Below, in pieces: positions 8,088-18,037 of a stretch of 64,000 nucleotides of DNA; within the stretch, counting starts at the first letter, position 1, and every line of letters starts with the position of its first letter. The position numbers were made by a program, and so were the translations under genes. The notes under the pieces are model-generated. The model was not told the DNA's origin, did no database searches, and was given only the letters and a program-made list of their open reading frames with translations. Source of the DNA: Planctomycetota bacterium (GTDB taxonomy: Bacteria; Planctomycetota; JAJSAM01; JAJVHW01); assembly GCA_965248445.1 (NCBI GenBank), contig CBDFJG010000002.1:160001-224000 (forward strand). Reading direction: 5' to 3'.

Positions 8088-10316
8088 CTACTTCGAACCG
8101 CGGCTGCGGCGCCGGCTCTTCTTCTTCTTGGGCACCGGAGCCACCAGGTCCTCGTCCGTCATCGGCAGCATCTCCTCGGTGGAGCTCCCGATCGGGGCCG
8201 AATGGCCGTCTACGGACAGGCTCGAACCGGTGTTCGAGTGCTCGTCGGTGGCCTCGAAGCCCGCGGGCGGCCCGTCGAACTGCAGGGTCTGCGTGCCGAC
8301 CATGTCCGGGCCGGCCGTACCGTCCGCGATGGACGCCGTCTGCTCGTGGACGCCGCCCGACTCACCGGCGGGACTGCTGTCTGCCAGCGCGTCGAACGAG
8401 TGCAGCTCGGTGTCGGGGAGCAGCGACTCCGGACGGAAGTCCTCGACCTCGCTGCGCAGCGCCTCGAGGTTCGTGAGGAGCTGATCCCACTCGGTGCCGG
8501 ACTCGGGTGCGACCATGTCCATGTCGACGGGCGTGCCCTCGACATCCGCGTCGTCGACGCTGGCGAAGTCGTCCAGCTCCGGCGCTTCCGCGTCCGCCAC
8601 GGCAATCGTCTTTCCGACGACTGTCTCCACCCCCGATGCGAGGCGGCGCATGACGTCGGTCACCACGGTGGAGATACCCCCACGCATCTTCACGATCTGC
8701 TCCGCGTGCAATGAAGCCTCGCGCTCGTTGCGCGCATCCGCGTCAGTGACCTGCACGCGCAGGTCTTCGATCTCGGTGCGCAGCCGCTGCACTTCGGCGT
8801 CGTGCGCGGCCCGGTCGGCATCCTGCTGTGTGCGCGCGGTCGCCGCCGCATCGGCGGCGCGCTGCTCGGCGAGCTCGCGCTCGTCGGCGAGCGTCCGCAC
8901 CAGTCCGGCGTGCTCGTCTTCCAACGACGCGAGCGTCGCGCGGACGTCGGCAAGACCCGACTCCGCGACGTCACCCCGCTGCTTGGCGTCGGTCAGCTCG
9001 CCGTCGAGGTCCCGTGCACGGTCTTCCGCCGCACGCTGCTTGGCGCGCTCTTCGTCACGCTCTCGTTCGACCGCGGCGAGGCGCTCAGCGGCTTCCTGCG
9101 AAGCGGTCAGCGCATCGTGGCGGGCCTGACCCACCAGTTGTTCGAGCTCGGACGCGCGCGTCGTCAGATCCGCCGCCTCACGCGTGGTGCGGTTGCTGTC
9201 GGCCACGGCGCTCTCGAGCTCGGCGCGACGCTCCTGCAGCTCCTCGCGCAGCGACTGGTTGTTGCGGCGCGCCGCCTCGACGTCGTCGCGCAGTTTCGCG
9301 ACGACCTGGTTCGACTCCGCGGTCTCTTCGCGCAGCAGATCGATCGTCGCCTGAAGCTGTTCGACAACCTGCTGAGCGGACCCGGCCTCGCTGGACTTCG
9401 CGTCGAGCCGCGAACGCTGCTGCGAGAGCTGGTCGCTCAGCGTCGAGACGCTGGCTTCGTTCTCGGCCAGCGCCCGCCGGGCGTCCGTGGCCTCGGCGCG
9501 TGCTTCCTCGGCGACGCGGTTCGCGGCGCCGAGATCCTCGCGCGTGCTCTGCAGGGACGCCTCGATCTTGGAGAGCTCGTCGCTGCGCTGGCGTGCGGAC
9601 TCCGCGGCCTCTTCTGCACGGCGGCGCTCGCTCTCGACAGCTTCGCCGGCGGCCTGCGCGCCGCGCACGGCTTCGCGGGCAGCCGCGCGCTCGTCGGCGA
9701 GCGTCGTCTCGAGCTCCTCGACGCGTGCACGGGCAGCAGCGAGCTCGTCCGCGGAGCGACCCGCTCCCTTGAGCGTGTGCTGCGTCTCGTCCAGGTCGCG
9801 CTTCACCGCGTCGCGCGCATCCTCGGCCTCGCGCAGGCGTTGCTGCCAGACCTCGTGCACCTCGGCGAGCCGCGCCTCGTTCTGGCGGCGCACCTCGTCG
9901 AGTTCGCGCCGGGCGGCGTTGCGCTCGCTGACGGCCGCATCCACCGCGAGATCGTGTGCCTCCCGATCTGCGTCGACGCCCAGCTGCGTGTTCTCTTCGA
10001 GCCGCGAGAGGCGGTCCATGAGCTGGTCGCGCTCCGCGGAGATCGCGGTGTGGCGCGTCTTCAGCTTGTGCAGCCACGGCTCGAGCTTCTTGAGCTTCGT
10101 TTCCATCTCGCGGACGCGACCCGTGTACGCATGGCGCTCGCGGGCGAGGGTGTCCTCCGCCTCGAGAGCGCGCTGCTCGAGTCGCACGAGTTCCTCGGCC
10201 AGTCGCGATTCGCCACCGCCCGCGGTGCCTGCCTTGAGCTTCTCCGAGATGCGCTGCACTGCGCTCTCCCACTCACCCTCCGCGACGTCGCCCGCAGCTT
10301 CGTTGTGCTCGCTCAT
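8088..10316 (-). CDS. Long coiled-coil protein (742 aa) with acidic C-terminal region
   Basis: About 530 aa of A/E/R/L-rich heptad-like sequence, no Walker A; acidic disordered tail ending KKKKSRRRSRGSK. Confidence 0.8.
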   Translation of the reverse strand: MSEHNEAAGDVAEGEWESAVQRISEKLKAGTAGGGESRLAEELVRLEQRALEAEDTLARERHAYTGRVREMETKLKKLEPWLHKLKTRHTAISAERDQLMDRLSRLEENTQLGVDADREAHDLAVDAAVSERNAARRELDEVRRQNEARLAEVHEVWQQRLREAEDARDAVKRDLDETQHTLKGAGRSADELAAARARVEELETTLADERAAAREAVRGAQAAGEAVESERRRAEEAAESARQRSDELSKIEASLQSTREDLGAANRVAEEARAEATDARRALAENEASVSTLSDQLSQQRSRLDAKSSEAGSAQQVVEQLQATIDLLREETAESNQVVAKLRDDVEAARRNNQSLREELQERRAELESAVADSNRTTREAADLTTRASELEQLVGQARHDALTASQEAAERLAAVERERDEERAKQRAAEDRARDLDGELTDAKQRGDVAESGLADVRATLASLEDEHAGLVRTLADERELAEQRAADAAATARTQQDADRAAHDAEVQRLRTEIEDLRVQVTDADARNEREASLHAEQIVKMRGGISTVVTDVMRRLASGVETVVGKTIAVADAEAPELDDFASVDDADVEGTPVDMDMVAPESGTEWDQLLTNLEALRSEVEDFRPESLLPDTELHSFDALADSSPAGESGGVHEQTASIADGTAGPDMVGTQTLQFDGPPAGFEATDEHSNTGSSLSVDGHSAPIGSSTEEMLPMTDEDLVAPVPKKKKSRRRSRGSK

Positions 10317-10469
10317 GGATCGTCTCTCACAGCAAAGCGGATCGCCGGCCCCACCGAAGGGGGAGTGGCCGGACCCGCCACGCTCTCATCGGACGCCGGG
10401 GGCCTCGGAATTGACTGGCTGAGTCAGCCTCGCCCGAGCCTGAGGCGCAGTGCTGGTGAACGGGGCGGG

Positions 10470-11175
10470 CTACGGGAGCCTGACGGGAAGCCTCTCGGCC
10501 ACGCTCACGTGGGCTCCGCGGAACCGCACGCGGTAGGCCAGGGCCTCGACGCCCGCGGCGACGGCCTCACGCAGGGAGCGCCCGTACTCGGCATCGATGT
10601 CGTCCGCGGGCTCCATGACGTCGCAGTCCCGTCGGTTGACGAGGAAGAACATGACGCCGCGGCCGGCGCCGCTCCGCACGACCTCGGTCAGCTGGCGAAG
10701 GTGCTTCTGCCCGCGCTCGGTCACCGAGTCGGGAAACCGGGCCACACGGTCCGCGCAGAGTGTGGCGTTCTTCACCTCGACCCAGCACGGCTGGCGGCCG
10801 GCGTGAGCGAGATGCAGATCGATGCGCGTGCCCTTCGTGAGGACGACTTCTGTGCGCAGCTGGTCGTAGCCCGCGAGCTCGGGCACACGGCCTCGCTCGA
10901 TCGCGTCCCGCACGACGTGGTTCGGGAGCATCGTGTTGACGCCGACCCACGCCCCGCGCACCTTGACCCGTTCGAGCGTGTGGCGGAGCTTCCGCTTCGG
11001 ATTCTGCGAGTCGCTGATCAGCACCGCGCTGCCGGGGCGGTCGAGGCCGAGCATCGATCCCGAGTTCGCACAGTGCACGGTCATCTCGCTGCCGTCGGGC
11101 AGACGCACGTCGGCGAGGAACCGCTTGTAACGCCGTAAGAGCGTCGCGCGGAGCAGCGGGGATTTTGATCCGCAC
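10470..11175 (-). CDS. sfsA: DNA/RNA nuclease SfsA; 5' end anomalous (apparent 1-nt frameshift or non-canonical start)
   Basis: LLRRYKRFLADV, HCANSGSM, TRIDL, WVEVKNATL, FPDSVTERGQKHL. No in-frame ATG/GTG/TTG upstream of RRYKRF; GTG 11175 is out of frame by one base. Confidence 0.85.
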
Positions 11176-11193
11176 TGTTTCAGACCACGAGCG

Positions 11194-12885
11194 TCACAGG
11201 CGGTCGTAGCGCGGTCCGTCGCCGCCCTCGGGTGTGACCCACGTGATCACCTGGTACGGGTCCATGATGTCGCACGTCTTGCAGTGCACGCAGTTGGCGA
11301 AGTCGATCTGGAGCTTCTTGCCGGTGGCGGCACTGTCGTCGTCCACGATGTTGTAGACCTGCGCGGGGCAGAAGCGCGTGCACGGGTTGTTGAACTCGCT
11401 CGCGCAGCGAGTTACGCACAGGTCGGTGTCGGCCACCTTCAGGTGGCTCGGCTGGTCCTCGTTGTGCTTCGTGCCCGAGTGATAGACGTTCGTCAGCTTG
11501 TCGAACGTGGCCGCGCCGTCGTACTTCGGGCGGCGGAACGTGCGCGCCTCTTCGCCGAGGCCGTGATGGTCCACGTAGCGGTCGACCTGCTCCATCTCCT
11601 CGTGGCCGGCACGCCGTCGGCCGCGTCCGAAGACACCGAGGCCGTTCGTCGCCATGATCATCGCGGAGTTGAAGAGGCCGGCAACCGTGCCGAAGCGGAA
11701 CCCCGAGTGGAAGTTGCGCGAGAAGCGCAACTCCTTCTCGACGAACGATCCGTTGATGCGCGTGTTGTAGAGCGAGAGTGCGTCCGCCGACGTGTCGCCC
11801 GCCCGCACTGCTTCGAACGCCGTCTCCGCCGCGAGCATGCCGGTCTTCATCGCCGTGTGGATGCCCTTCAGGCGCATCGGGTTCAGGAAGCTCGCGACGT
11901 CGCCGCAAAGCAGCACGCCGTCGGCGTACGGCTGCGGGATCGTGTGGTATCCGCCCTCGGGCAGCGCTTTGGCGCCGTACTGGATCATCTTGCCGCCCTC
12001 GAGCATCTTCGCGATCTCGGGGTGCGTCTTCAGTTGCTGGAAGAGAGCGTGCGGCTCGAGGTTCGGGTTCTTGTAGTCGAGTCCGATGACGAGTCCGATG
12101 TCGATGATGTCGTCGGCCATCGTGTAGATGAACGAGCCGCCGAACGTGTGGTCGTCGAGCGGCCAGCCCATGGTGTGGATAACTTGGCCCGGCTTGACGG
12201 AGCCGCTCGGCATCTGCCAGAGCTCCTTGATGCCGATCGCATAGACCTGCGGGTCGCTCTCCGCGTCCATGCCGAGCTTCGGGATCAGCGTCTTGGCGAG
12301 GGAGCCGCGCACGCCCTCGCCGAGCACGGTGACCTTGGCCTTGATGTCGATGCCCGGCTCGAAGTTGGGCTTCCTGTTCCCGTCCTTGTCGATCCCCTTG
12401 TCGCCCGTGCGCACGCCGACGACCGTGTCGCCGTCGTAGAGCATCTGGTCGCCCGCCGTCTCGGTGAACACCATCACGCGGCCGCTCTCCTCGGCGATGT
12501 CGCCGAGCCACTTGGCGAGCCGCCCGATCGAGATGACGTGATTGCCGTGGTTGCGCAGCGACTTGGGTACGAACGGCGCCTTCAGCTTGTCGTTGTGGTG
12601 CAGGAACCAGACTTCGTCATCGTCGACGTCCGCCTCGATCGGACAGCCGCGCGTGACGTAGTCCGGGATCAGCTCGCGGATCGCGATGGGGTCCATCACC
12701 GCGCCCGACAGCGCGTGGAAGCCGATCTCGGCCGACTTCTCGATCAGCGCGATCTGGAGGTCCTCCTCGCCGAGACCCGCTTCGTCGGCGAGTTGCGCCA
12801 GGCGGATCGCGCAGCCGAGCCCCGCCGGGCCCGCGCCGACGATCAGGATGTCGACCTCCATCTCCTCGCGAGCTACTTCGGACAT
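11194..12885 (-). CDS. Electron transfer flavoprotein-ubiquinone oxidoreductase
   Basis: DILIVGAGPAG FAD motif, LSGAVMDP, KGIHTAMKTG, C-terminal 4Fe-4S motifs FCPAQVY and NCVHCKTCDIMDP. Confidence 0.95.
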   Translation of the reverse strand: MSEVAREEMEVDILIVGAGPAGLGCAIRLAQLADEAGLGEEDLQIALIEKSAEIGFHALSGAVMDPIAIRELIPDYVTRGCPIEADVDDDEVWFLHHNDKLKAPFVPKSLRNHGNHVISIGRLAKWLGDIAEESGRVMVFTETAGDQMLYDGDTVVGVRTGDKGIDKDGNRKPNFEPGIDIKAKVTVLGEGVRGSLAKTLIPKLGMDAESDPQVYAIGIKELWQMPSGSVKPGQVIHTMGWPLDDHTFGGSFIYTMADDIIDIGLVIGLDYKNPNLEPHALFQQLKTHPEIAKMLEGGKMIQYGAKALPEGGYHTIPQPYADGVLLCGDVASFLNPMRLKGIHTAMKTGMLAAETAFEAVRAGDTSADALSLYNTRINGSFVEKELRFSRNFHSGFRFGTVAGLFNSAMIMATNGLGVFGRGRRRAGHEEMEQVDRYVDHHGLGEEARTFRRPKYDGAATFDKLTNVYHSGTKHNEDQPSHLKVADTDLCVTRCASEFNNPCTRFCPAQVYNIVDDDSAATGKKLQIDFANCVHCKTCDIMDPYQVITWVTPEGGDGPRYDRL

Positions 12886-13002
12886 GCGTCGTCTCCGCTG
12901 TGGGGCCGCGGGCACGCCGCCGACCGGGATCGAGCGGGCGATCGTACAGACGGCGGCTGCGGGCCGCATGCTTCCCGCTACCCTGCCCCGAGGAGGACGT
13001 CC

Positions 13003-13659
13003 ATGAAACTGGATCGCACTGAGGCGCGCGTGCTGGGAGCGCTGATCGAGAAGGAGTTCACGACTCCCGACATCTACCCGCTCACCATCAAGGCGCTGAC
13101 CGCCGCCTGCAACCAGAAGAGCAATCGCGACCCGGTCATGACGCTCGAGGTGTTCGAGATCGAGGGCTGCCTGCTGGGCATGCGGCACCGGGACGGCCTG
13201 GCCCGAGTGGTCGAGCGTGCCGGCAGCCGGACCGTGCGCTACAGCGAGCACCTCGCCGACGCGCTCGGGACATCGAAGCAGGAGACCTGCATTCTGGCGG
13301 AGTTGCTCCTGCGCGGTCCGCAGACCTCCACCGAGTTGCTCCGCCGCTGCGACCGGATGGCGCGCTACGACGGCGCCAACTCCATGGACGCACTCCTCCG
13401 CGACCTGGCGCAGCGCGGCTTCGTGCAGGTGCTTCCCCGCGGGCCGGGTCAGCGCTACGCCCGCTGGGGCCAGCTCCTCTGCACGGACGGCGCGCCGGCC
13501 ACCGCCGACCCCGAGCCGCTACTCACCGCGGCACCGCCGCCGGCCGCTGCTCCGGCCGCTCCCCCGTCACCGTCCCCATCCCTGCGTGACGAACTGGCCA
13601 CGCTGCGCGACGAGGTCGCCACACTTCGTGAACGCGTGGAGCGGCTCGAGGGGCGGTAG
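13003..13659 (+). CDS. yceH: YceH/DUF480 family protein
   Basis: EARVLGALIEKEFTTPDIYPLT...ACNQKSNRDPV, LLLRGPQT; SD GAGGAGG. Confidence 0.9.
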   Translation: MKLDRTEARVLGALIEKEFTTPDIYPLTIKALTAACNQKSNRDPVMTLEVFEIEGCLLGMRHRDGLARVVERAGSRTVRYSEHLADALGTSKQETCILAELLLRGPQTSTELLRRCDRMARYDGANSMDALLRDLAQRGFVQVLPRGPGQRYARWGQLLCTDGAPATADPEPLLTAAPPPAAAPAAPPSPSPSLRDELATLRDEVATLRERVERLEGR

Positions 13660-13672
13660 CTCTGACGGCGGA

Positions 13673-14353
13673 TCACGACCAGGGCTTCTGGAAGAACTCG
13701 AAGCTCTCGCCGCGGCCACGCGCCTGCCATCCCATCGAGTGCAGGTCGCCCCGGCCCATGTGTCGTGCGGCGCCCCTCACGACGTAGACGCCGACGGGAC
13801 CCAGCAGGGCCATCGCCGGCCGCGACGCCTGTTTCGGATCTACGTTCAGCAGCTTGCAGGCGCGTCCCGGCAGCACGTTGCAGACCAGCACGTCGCGGAT
13901 GTCCTTCCCTGGAGCCGCGAGACCGAGCGCAAGGAACGCATCGTCGAGGAGGGAAGCATCGCCGCGTCTCACGGCGTCCGTGCTCGCCGCCTGTACCGAG
14001 CAGAGAAACTGCCCGTCGATGGACGCGCGCACGGCTGGAGAGAGCGAGGTGCGCGCGCCGTTCGACGCGGTGCGGAATCGGCTCAGCAACTCGCCGAGCA
14101 ACACCTCCGCTTGCCCTCCGGACTCCGGATTCGCGCGGCAGTGCTCGGCCTGTGCATCCATCCACCGACGGAACTCGTCCGTGTCGTTCAGGGGCGCCAC
14201 GTCCGGCAGATCCGGAGGCCGCCACGCGTCCTGGATCGCGCGGATCTCGTCGACCAGTTCGTGCAGTCGCGCGCCCGGCTGGTCAGGTGGCGGTCGCGGC
14301 GGCGCGTCTCGTGAGATCCGGTCGGCCCACTCGTGGATCTCGCCGAGCGTCAC
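13673..14353 (-). CDS. Hypothetical protein
   Basis: 226-aa ORF filling the gap at the end of the minus-strand operon; no recognised motif. Confidence 0.55.
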   Translation of the reverse strand: MTLGEIHEWADRISRDAPPRPPPDQPGARLHELVDEIRAIQDAWRPPDLPDVAPLNDTDEFRRWMDAQAEHCRANPESGGQAEVLLGELLSRFRTASNGARTSLSPAVRASIDGQFLCSVQAASTDAVRRGDASLLDDAFLALGLAAPGKDIRDVLVCNVLPGRACKLLNVDPKQASRPAMALLGPVGVYVVRGAARHMGRGDLHSMGWQARGRGESFEFFQKPWS

Positions 14354-14357
14354 GCGG

Positions 14358-14729
14358 TCAGTCCCTCACGACGTTCGGACCGGGGTGGTGGCCGCGGAAG
14401 AGCAGGCGCTCGACCGGGCGGCCGGCGATCAGGTGCTCGCTGACGATCTCGTCGACGTCGCCGAGGGACACGCCCGCGTACCAGGTGCCTTCGGGGTAGA
14501 CGACGATCATGGGGCCGTGACCGCACTGCGCGAGGCAGCCGGACTTGTTGACGCGCACGCGCACCTTGCCGCATGCCTCGCGGGCCGCGCTCTTGAGCGC
14601 GGCGTGCAGTTCGACACTGCCTTGTCCGGGGCAGGTCTTCCCTGCGATGCAGACGAACACGTGCCGCTCGAACGGGCAGCCGCCGTCGTCGAGGACCGGG
14701 CGTTCGGGAACGGGCGCGCCGTCCGTCAC
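14358..14729 (-). CDS. Thioredoxin-like [2Fe-2S] ferredoxin
   Basis: RHVFVC...C...VRVNKSGCLAQCGHGPMIVVYPEGTWY; GTGA overlap with upstream stop. Confidence 0.9.
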   Translation of the reverse strand: MTDGAPVPERPVLDDGGCPFERHVFVCIAGKTCPGQGSVELHAALKSAAREACGKVRVRVNKSGCLAQCGHGPMIVVYPEGTWYAGVSLGDVDEIVSEHLIAGRPVERLLFRGHHPGPNVVRD

Positions 14730-15901
14730 GTGCTCTTCTGCTCCCGTCCGATGATCTCGCGCGCGATGACGATGCGCTGGATGAGGCTCGTGCCCTCGTA
14801 GATGCGCAGTCCCGGCGCGTCGCGGTAGTGGCGCTCGACCGGTAGTTCGTTCACGTAGCCGCGCGCGCCGTGCAGGAGGACGGTCTCCCCCGCCCACTTG
14901 CACGCCGCCTCGGTGGCGAACAGCTTCGCCATCGAGACCTCCTTCGTGCGCTTCTCGTTGCGACAGGCCATCCAGGCAGCACGCCGGACGAGCAGCCGCG
15001 CCGCCTCGGTGTCGCACGCCATGTCGGCGATGCGCTCCTGCACCATCTGGAAGTCGCCGATGCGCTTGCCGAACTGGCGGCGGGAGCGGCCGAAGGCGGT
15101 CGCCGCATCGAGGCACGCCTGCAGCAAGCCCACCGCGCCCGCGGCCACTCCGAGCCGGCCGTGATCGAGACCGCCCATCGCCACCTTGAAGCCGCCACCG
15201 ACCTCGCCCAGCACGTCGGCGGGACCGACGCGCACGCCGTCGAGCGTCAGCTTCGCGTGCTCCGACGAGCGATGGCCGAGTTCGACACCGGGCATGCGGT
15301 CGCGGCGCAGTCCCTCGGCGTCTCCGCGAATCAGGAACGCCGTCACGCCCTTGTGGCGGAGCGCCGGATCGACGGTCGCCATCACGATGAACACTCCGGC
15401 GGAGAGCGCGTTCGTGATCCAGATCTTCTCGCCGCTGATGCGCCAGCCGTCGCCGTCCGGCGCCGCGTGCGTCGCGATGGCGGCGGCATCGCTCCCTGCG
15501 CCCGTCTCCGTGAGCGCGTACGCACCGATGACGCCGCCGACGGCCAGCCGCGGCAGCCACTCCTGCTTCTGCGCATCGCTGCCGTGGTCGTACAGGCACT
15601 GCGAGACGAGACCGACGTGCACCGACAGGAACCCGCGCACGCTCTGGTCGACGCGCCCGATCTCCTCGTACATGTGCGCGAGCTGGAGCGCGTCCCAGCC
15701 GAGACCCCCGAGGTCTTCGGGCAGCGGCGCTCCGAGCAGTCCCTCAGCCGCGAGCGCCATGACGGCGTCGCGCGGGAACGTGCGCGTCGCGTCGGCATCG
15801 CGTGCGACGGGCGCGACGACCTCCTCCGCCAGACGGCGGCAGAGGTCTCGCGCCACGACATCCTGCGGCCGCGGCGCGGCGATCCCGTCGTTTGTCGTCA
15901 C
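14726..15901 (-). CDS. Acyl-CoA dehydrogenase
   Basis: GAYALTETGAGSDA, GEKIWITN, RRQFGKRIGDFQMVQ, HGARGY...VERHYRDA...IYEGT. Confidence 0.95.
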   Translation of the reverse strand: MTTNDGIAAPRPQDVVARDLCRRLAEEVVAPVARDADATRTFPRDAVMALAAEGLLGAPLPEDLGGLGWDALQLAHMYEEIGRVDQSVRGFLSVHVGLVSQCLYDHGSDAQKQEWLPRLAVGGVIGAYALTETGAGSDAAAIATHAAPDGDGWRISGEKIWITNALSAGVFIVMATVDPALRHKGVTAFLIRGDAEGLRRDRMPGVELGHRSSEHAKLTLDGVRVGPADVLGEVGGGFKVAMGGLDHGRLGVAAGAVGLLQACLDAATAFGRSRRQFGKRIGDFQMVQERIADMACDTEAARLLVRRAAWMACRNEKRTKEVSMAKLFATEAACKWAGETVLLHGARGYVNELPVERHYRDAPGLRIYEGTSLIQRIVIAREIIGREQKST

Positions 15902-16692
15902 CTACCGGTCCAGGCGGGTGGACGCTTGGCGCACCACGCCTTGAAGAACTCGGCGTGGTCCTTGCCCATCATCATCAGCGCCTGGCCGAGCGTCTCGGTC
16001 TCCATGGCGCTCTCGAAGTCCTGATCCTGCTCGCGGCGAAGCATGCGCTTGGTCAGCTCGTGCGCGAGGGTCGGACCGTTGGCGAAGCGACGGGCCATGT
16101 TGAACACGACGGTTTGCAATTCGTCTTCGCCGACGACGCGGTTGGCCAGTCCGATGCGGTGCGCCTCCTGGGCGTCGATCGTGTCGCCCAGCAGCAGCAA
16201 CTCCGATGCGCGCCCGAAGCCGATGACTCGCGGCAGCAGGTACGCGGCGCCCATGTCGGCGCCGGTCAGGCCGACCTTCGTGAACACGAACCCGAATTTC
16301 GCGCTCTCGGCGCAGATTCGAAGATCGGCGGCCAGCGCAATCACCGCGCCGGCGCCGACGGCAGCGCCACGAACCTGAGCGATGACCGGTTGCGGCATCT
16401 CGCGCAGGTTCCTGACACAGGCACCCGTCAGTTCCGTGAACTGCAGGTGGTCGTGAGCGTCCTTCTCGAGCAACTCGCCAATGATCTCGTGCACGTCGCC
16501 GCCGGCGCAGAAGGCTGCCCCCTTGCCGCGCAGGATGACGCACTTGACGTCAGGGTTCCTGGCGAGCGACCGCGTGAGGTGTTCGAACTCCCTGTAGGCA
16601 TCGAACGTGAGCGCGTTGAGCTTGTCCGGACGGGTGAACGTGATGGTCCCGACGTGGTCGGCGACCTCGAACTCGATGTGCTCGTACTCCAT
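15898..16692 (-). CDS. Enoyl-CoA hydratase/crotonase family protein
   Basis: RPDKLNAL, FCAGGDVHEIIG, VGLTGADMGAAYLLPRVIG. Confidence 0.92.
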   Translation of the reverse strand: MEYEHIEFEVADHVGTITFTRPDKLNALTFDAYREFEHLTRSLARNPDVKCVILRGKGAAFCAGGDVHEIIGELLEKDAHDHLQFTELTGACVRNLREMPQPVIAQVRGAAVGAGAVIALAADLRICAESAKFGFVFTKVGLTGADMGAAYLLPRVIGFGRASELLLLGDTIDAQEAHRIGLANRVVGEDELQTVVFNMARRFANGPTLAHELTKRMLRREQDQDFESAMETETLGQALMMMGKDHAEFFKAWCAKRPPAWTGR

Positions 16693-16756
16693 GACCCGAG
16701 TGTCCGGCCGGGAGGGGCCCGCGGCACCTGGAAAACGCCCGGAGGGCCGCTCAGCA

Positions 16757-17155
16757 CTACCTGAAGGCTTCGAGGAGGAGATTCCTCCACAGGAAGGAGC
16801 GCTCCGTCACGGATCCACCGCGTCCGATCCGCAGGTCCACCGAGCCGAAGTGACCCTCGTCGATGTAGACCTCGGCCTCGTACTCCCCCGCTCCCTTATC
16901 GCCGTCCCAGCGAACCACGAGCAGGTCCTCGTACGCGGCGCGATGCACGTGCGCCACCTCAGTCGGTGCATCGACCTCGCTGGTCACGACGGAGCCCGCG
17001 AGCTCGGTCGTCACGCGGGTGGTCCCCGCGGGCACAGCGACGCGCACGTCGATCGTCAGCACGCACTGACGGACGAACACCGACACGAGGACGAGGATGG
17101 CCATGAGCAGCACGGCCGTCCGAAGGCAGACGCGCCTCGGCCGCGACCACGCCAT
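16757..17155 (-). CDS. Small hypothetical membrane-anchored protein
   Basis: ATG 3 nt after the SDR stop; N-terminal hydrophobic helix. Confidence 0.5.
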   Translation of the reverse strand: MAWSRPRRVCLRTAVLLMAILVLVSVFVRQCVLTIDVRVAVPAGTTRVTTELAGSVVTSEVDAPTEVAHVHRAAYEDLLVVRWDGDKGAGEYEAEVYIDEGHFGSVDLRIGRGGSVTERSFLWRNLLLEAFR

Positions 17156-17158
17156 CGA

Positions 17159-17917
17159 TCAGCCGTTGATCGTGATCGCCTGGCCGTTGACGCCGCGGGC
17201 GCCGTCGCTCGCGAGGTAGACGACTGCGGCGGCGACCTCTTCGGGGGTCATCAGGCGGCCTTGCGGACTCATCTTCTCGATGGCACTGCGCGCTTCCTCG
17301 GTTGAGCGCTTGGTGGTCTTGGCGATCTTCTCGACGCTGCGTTCGGTCATCTCGGTGTCCACGAAACCGGGGCAAACCGCATTGACCGTCACGCCCTGCG
17401 AGGCGATCTCGAGCGCCAGCGAACGGGTCAGGCCCAACAGTGCGTGCTTCGACGCGGCGTAGTGCGACGCGTAGGCGACGCCCTGCAGCGCCGCGACGCT
17501 GGCGACGTTCACAATGCGGCCCCACTTCGCGTCGAGCATCCCGCGCAGGCACGCGCGAATGAGGAGATACGGGCCGGTGACGTTGATCGCGAACGTGTCG
17601 GCCCACTCCTGCGGCTTAATGCGTGTGAACGGTGCAGAGTTCGCGACGCCCGCGTTGTTCACCAGCACAGCCGGCACGCCGAGACCCGACGTCACTGCGG
17701 CGACTCCGGCCGCGATGTCGTCCGCGTCGCGCACGTCCATCGCGACGGCCAGACCGCGCACGCCGTGCTTCTCGATCGCGGACACCGCGGCCGCGCCGAG
17801 CTCCGTGTCGCGCGCGGTGACCGCTACGTCGTAGCCCGCCGCGGCCAGCGCCGTCGCGCAGGCCCGTCCGATGCCGCGGCTGCCGCCGGTCACCAGTGCC
17901 ACGCGTCGTTCGGCCAT
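17159..17917 (-). CDS. SDR family NAD(P)-dependent oxidoreductase
   Basis: ALVTGGSRGIG, NNAG, YAASK, VNAVCPGFVDT; SD AGGAGG. Confidence 0.95.
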   Translation of the reverse strand: MAERRVALVTGGSRGIGRACATALAAAGYDVAVTARDTELGAAAVSAIEKHGVRGLAVAMDVRDADDIAAGVAAVTSGLGVPAVLVNNAGVANSAPFTRIKPQEWADTFAINVTGPYLLIRACLRGMLDAKWGRIVNVASVAALQGVAYASHYAASKHALLGLTRSLALEIASQGVTVNAVCPGFVDTEMTERSVEKIAKTTKRSTEEARSAIEKMSPQGRLMTPEEVAAAVVYLASDGARGVNGQAITING

Positions 17918-18037
17918 TGCGCCTCCTGCTTGCGGGCACCGCCCGCGGGGTTCGGTTACCTTCCCCGGTTCGGCCGCGGGGCGCCCCTGAAATCCCGCCA
18001 CGCGGAGCCGGACGGAGACACTGATGGCAACAGAGTC

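Noticed and set aside
8735..8746. Partial reverse match to the REP-like core (CATCCGCGTCAG) in the coiled-coil gene
   Set aside because: Only ~12 bp, hairpin incomplete; plausible by chance in GC-rich coding DNA
8088..10316. SMC or phage tape-measure protein
   Set aside because: No Walker A/B or hinge; no phage genes nearby
3273..11175. hrpB + methyltransferase + sfsA nuclease as an anti-phage defence system
   Set aside because: These are common housekeeping families, not contiguous in one operon, with no compositional or mobility signal
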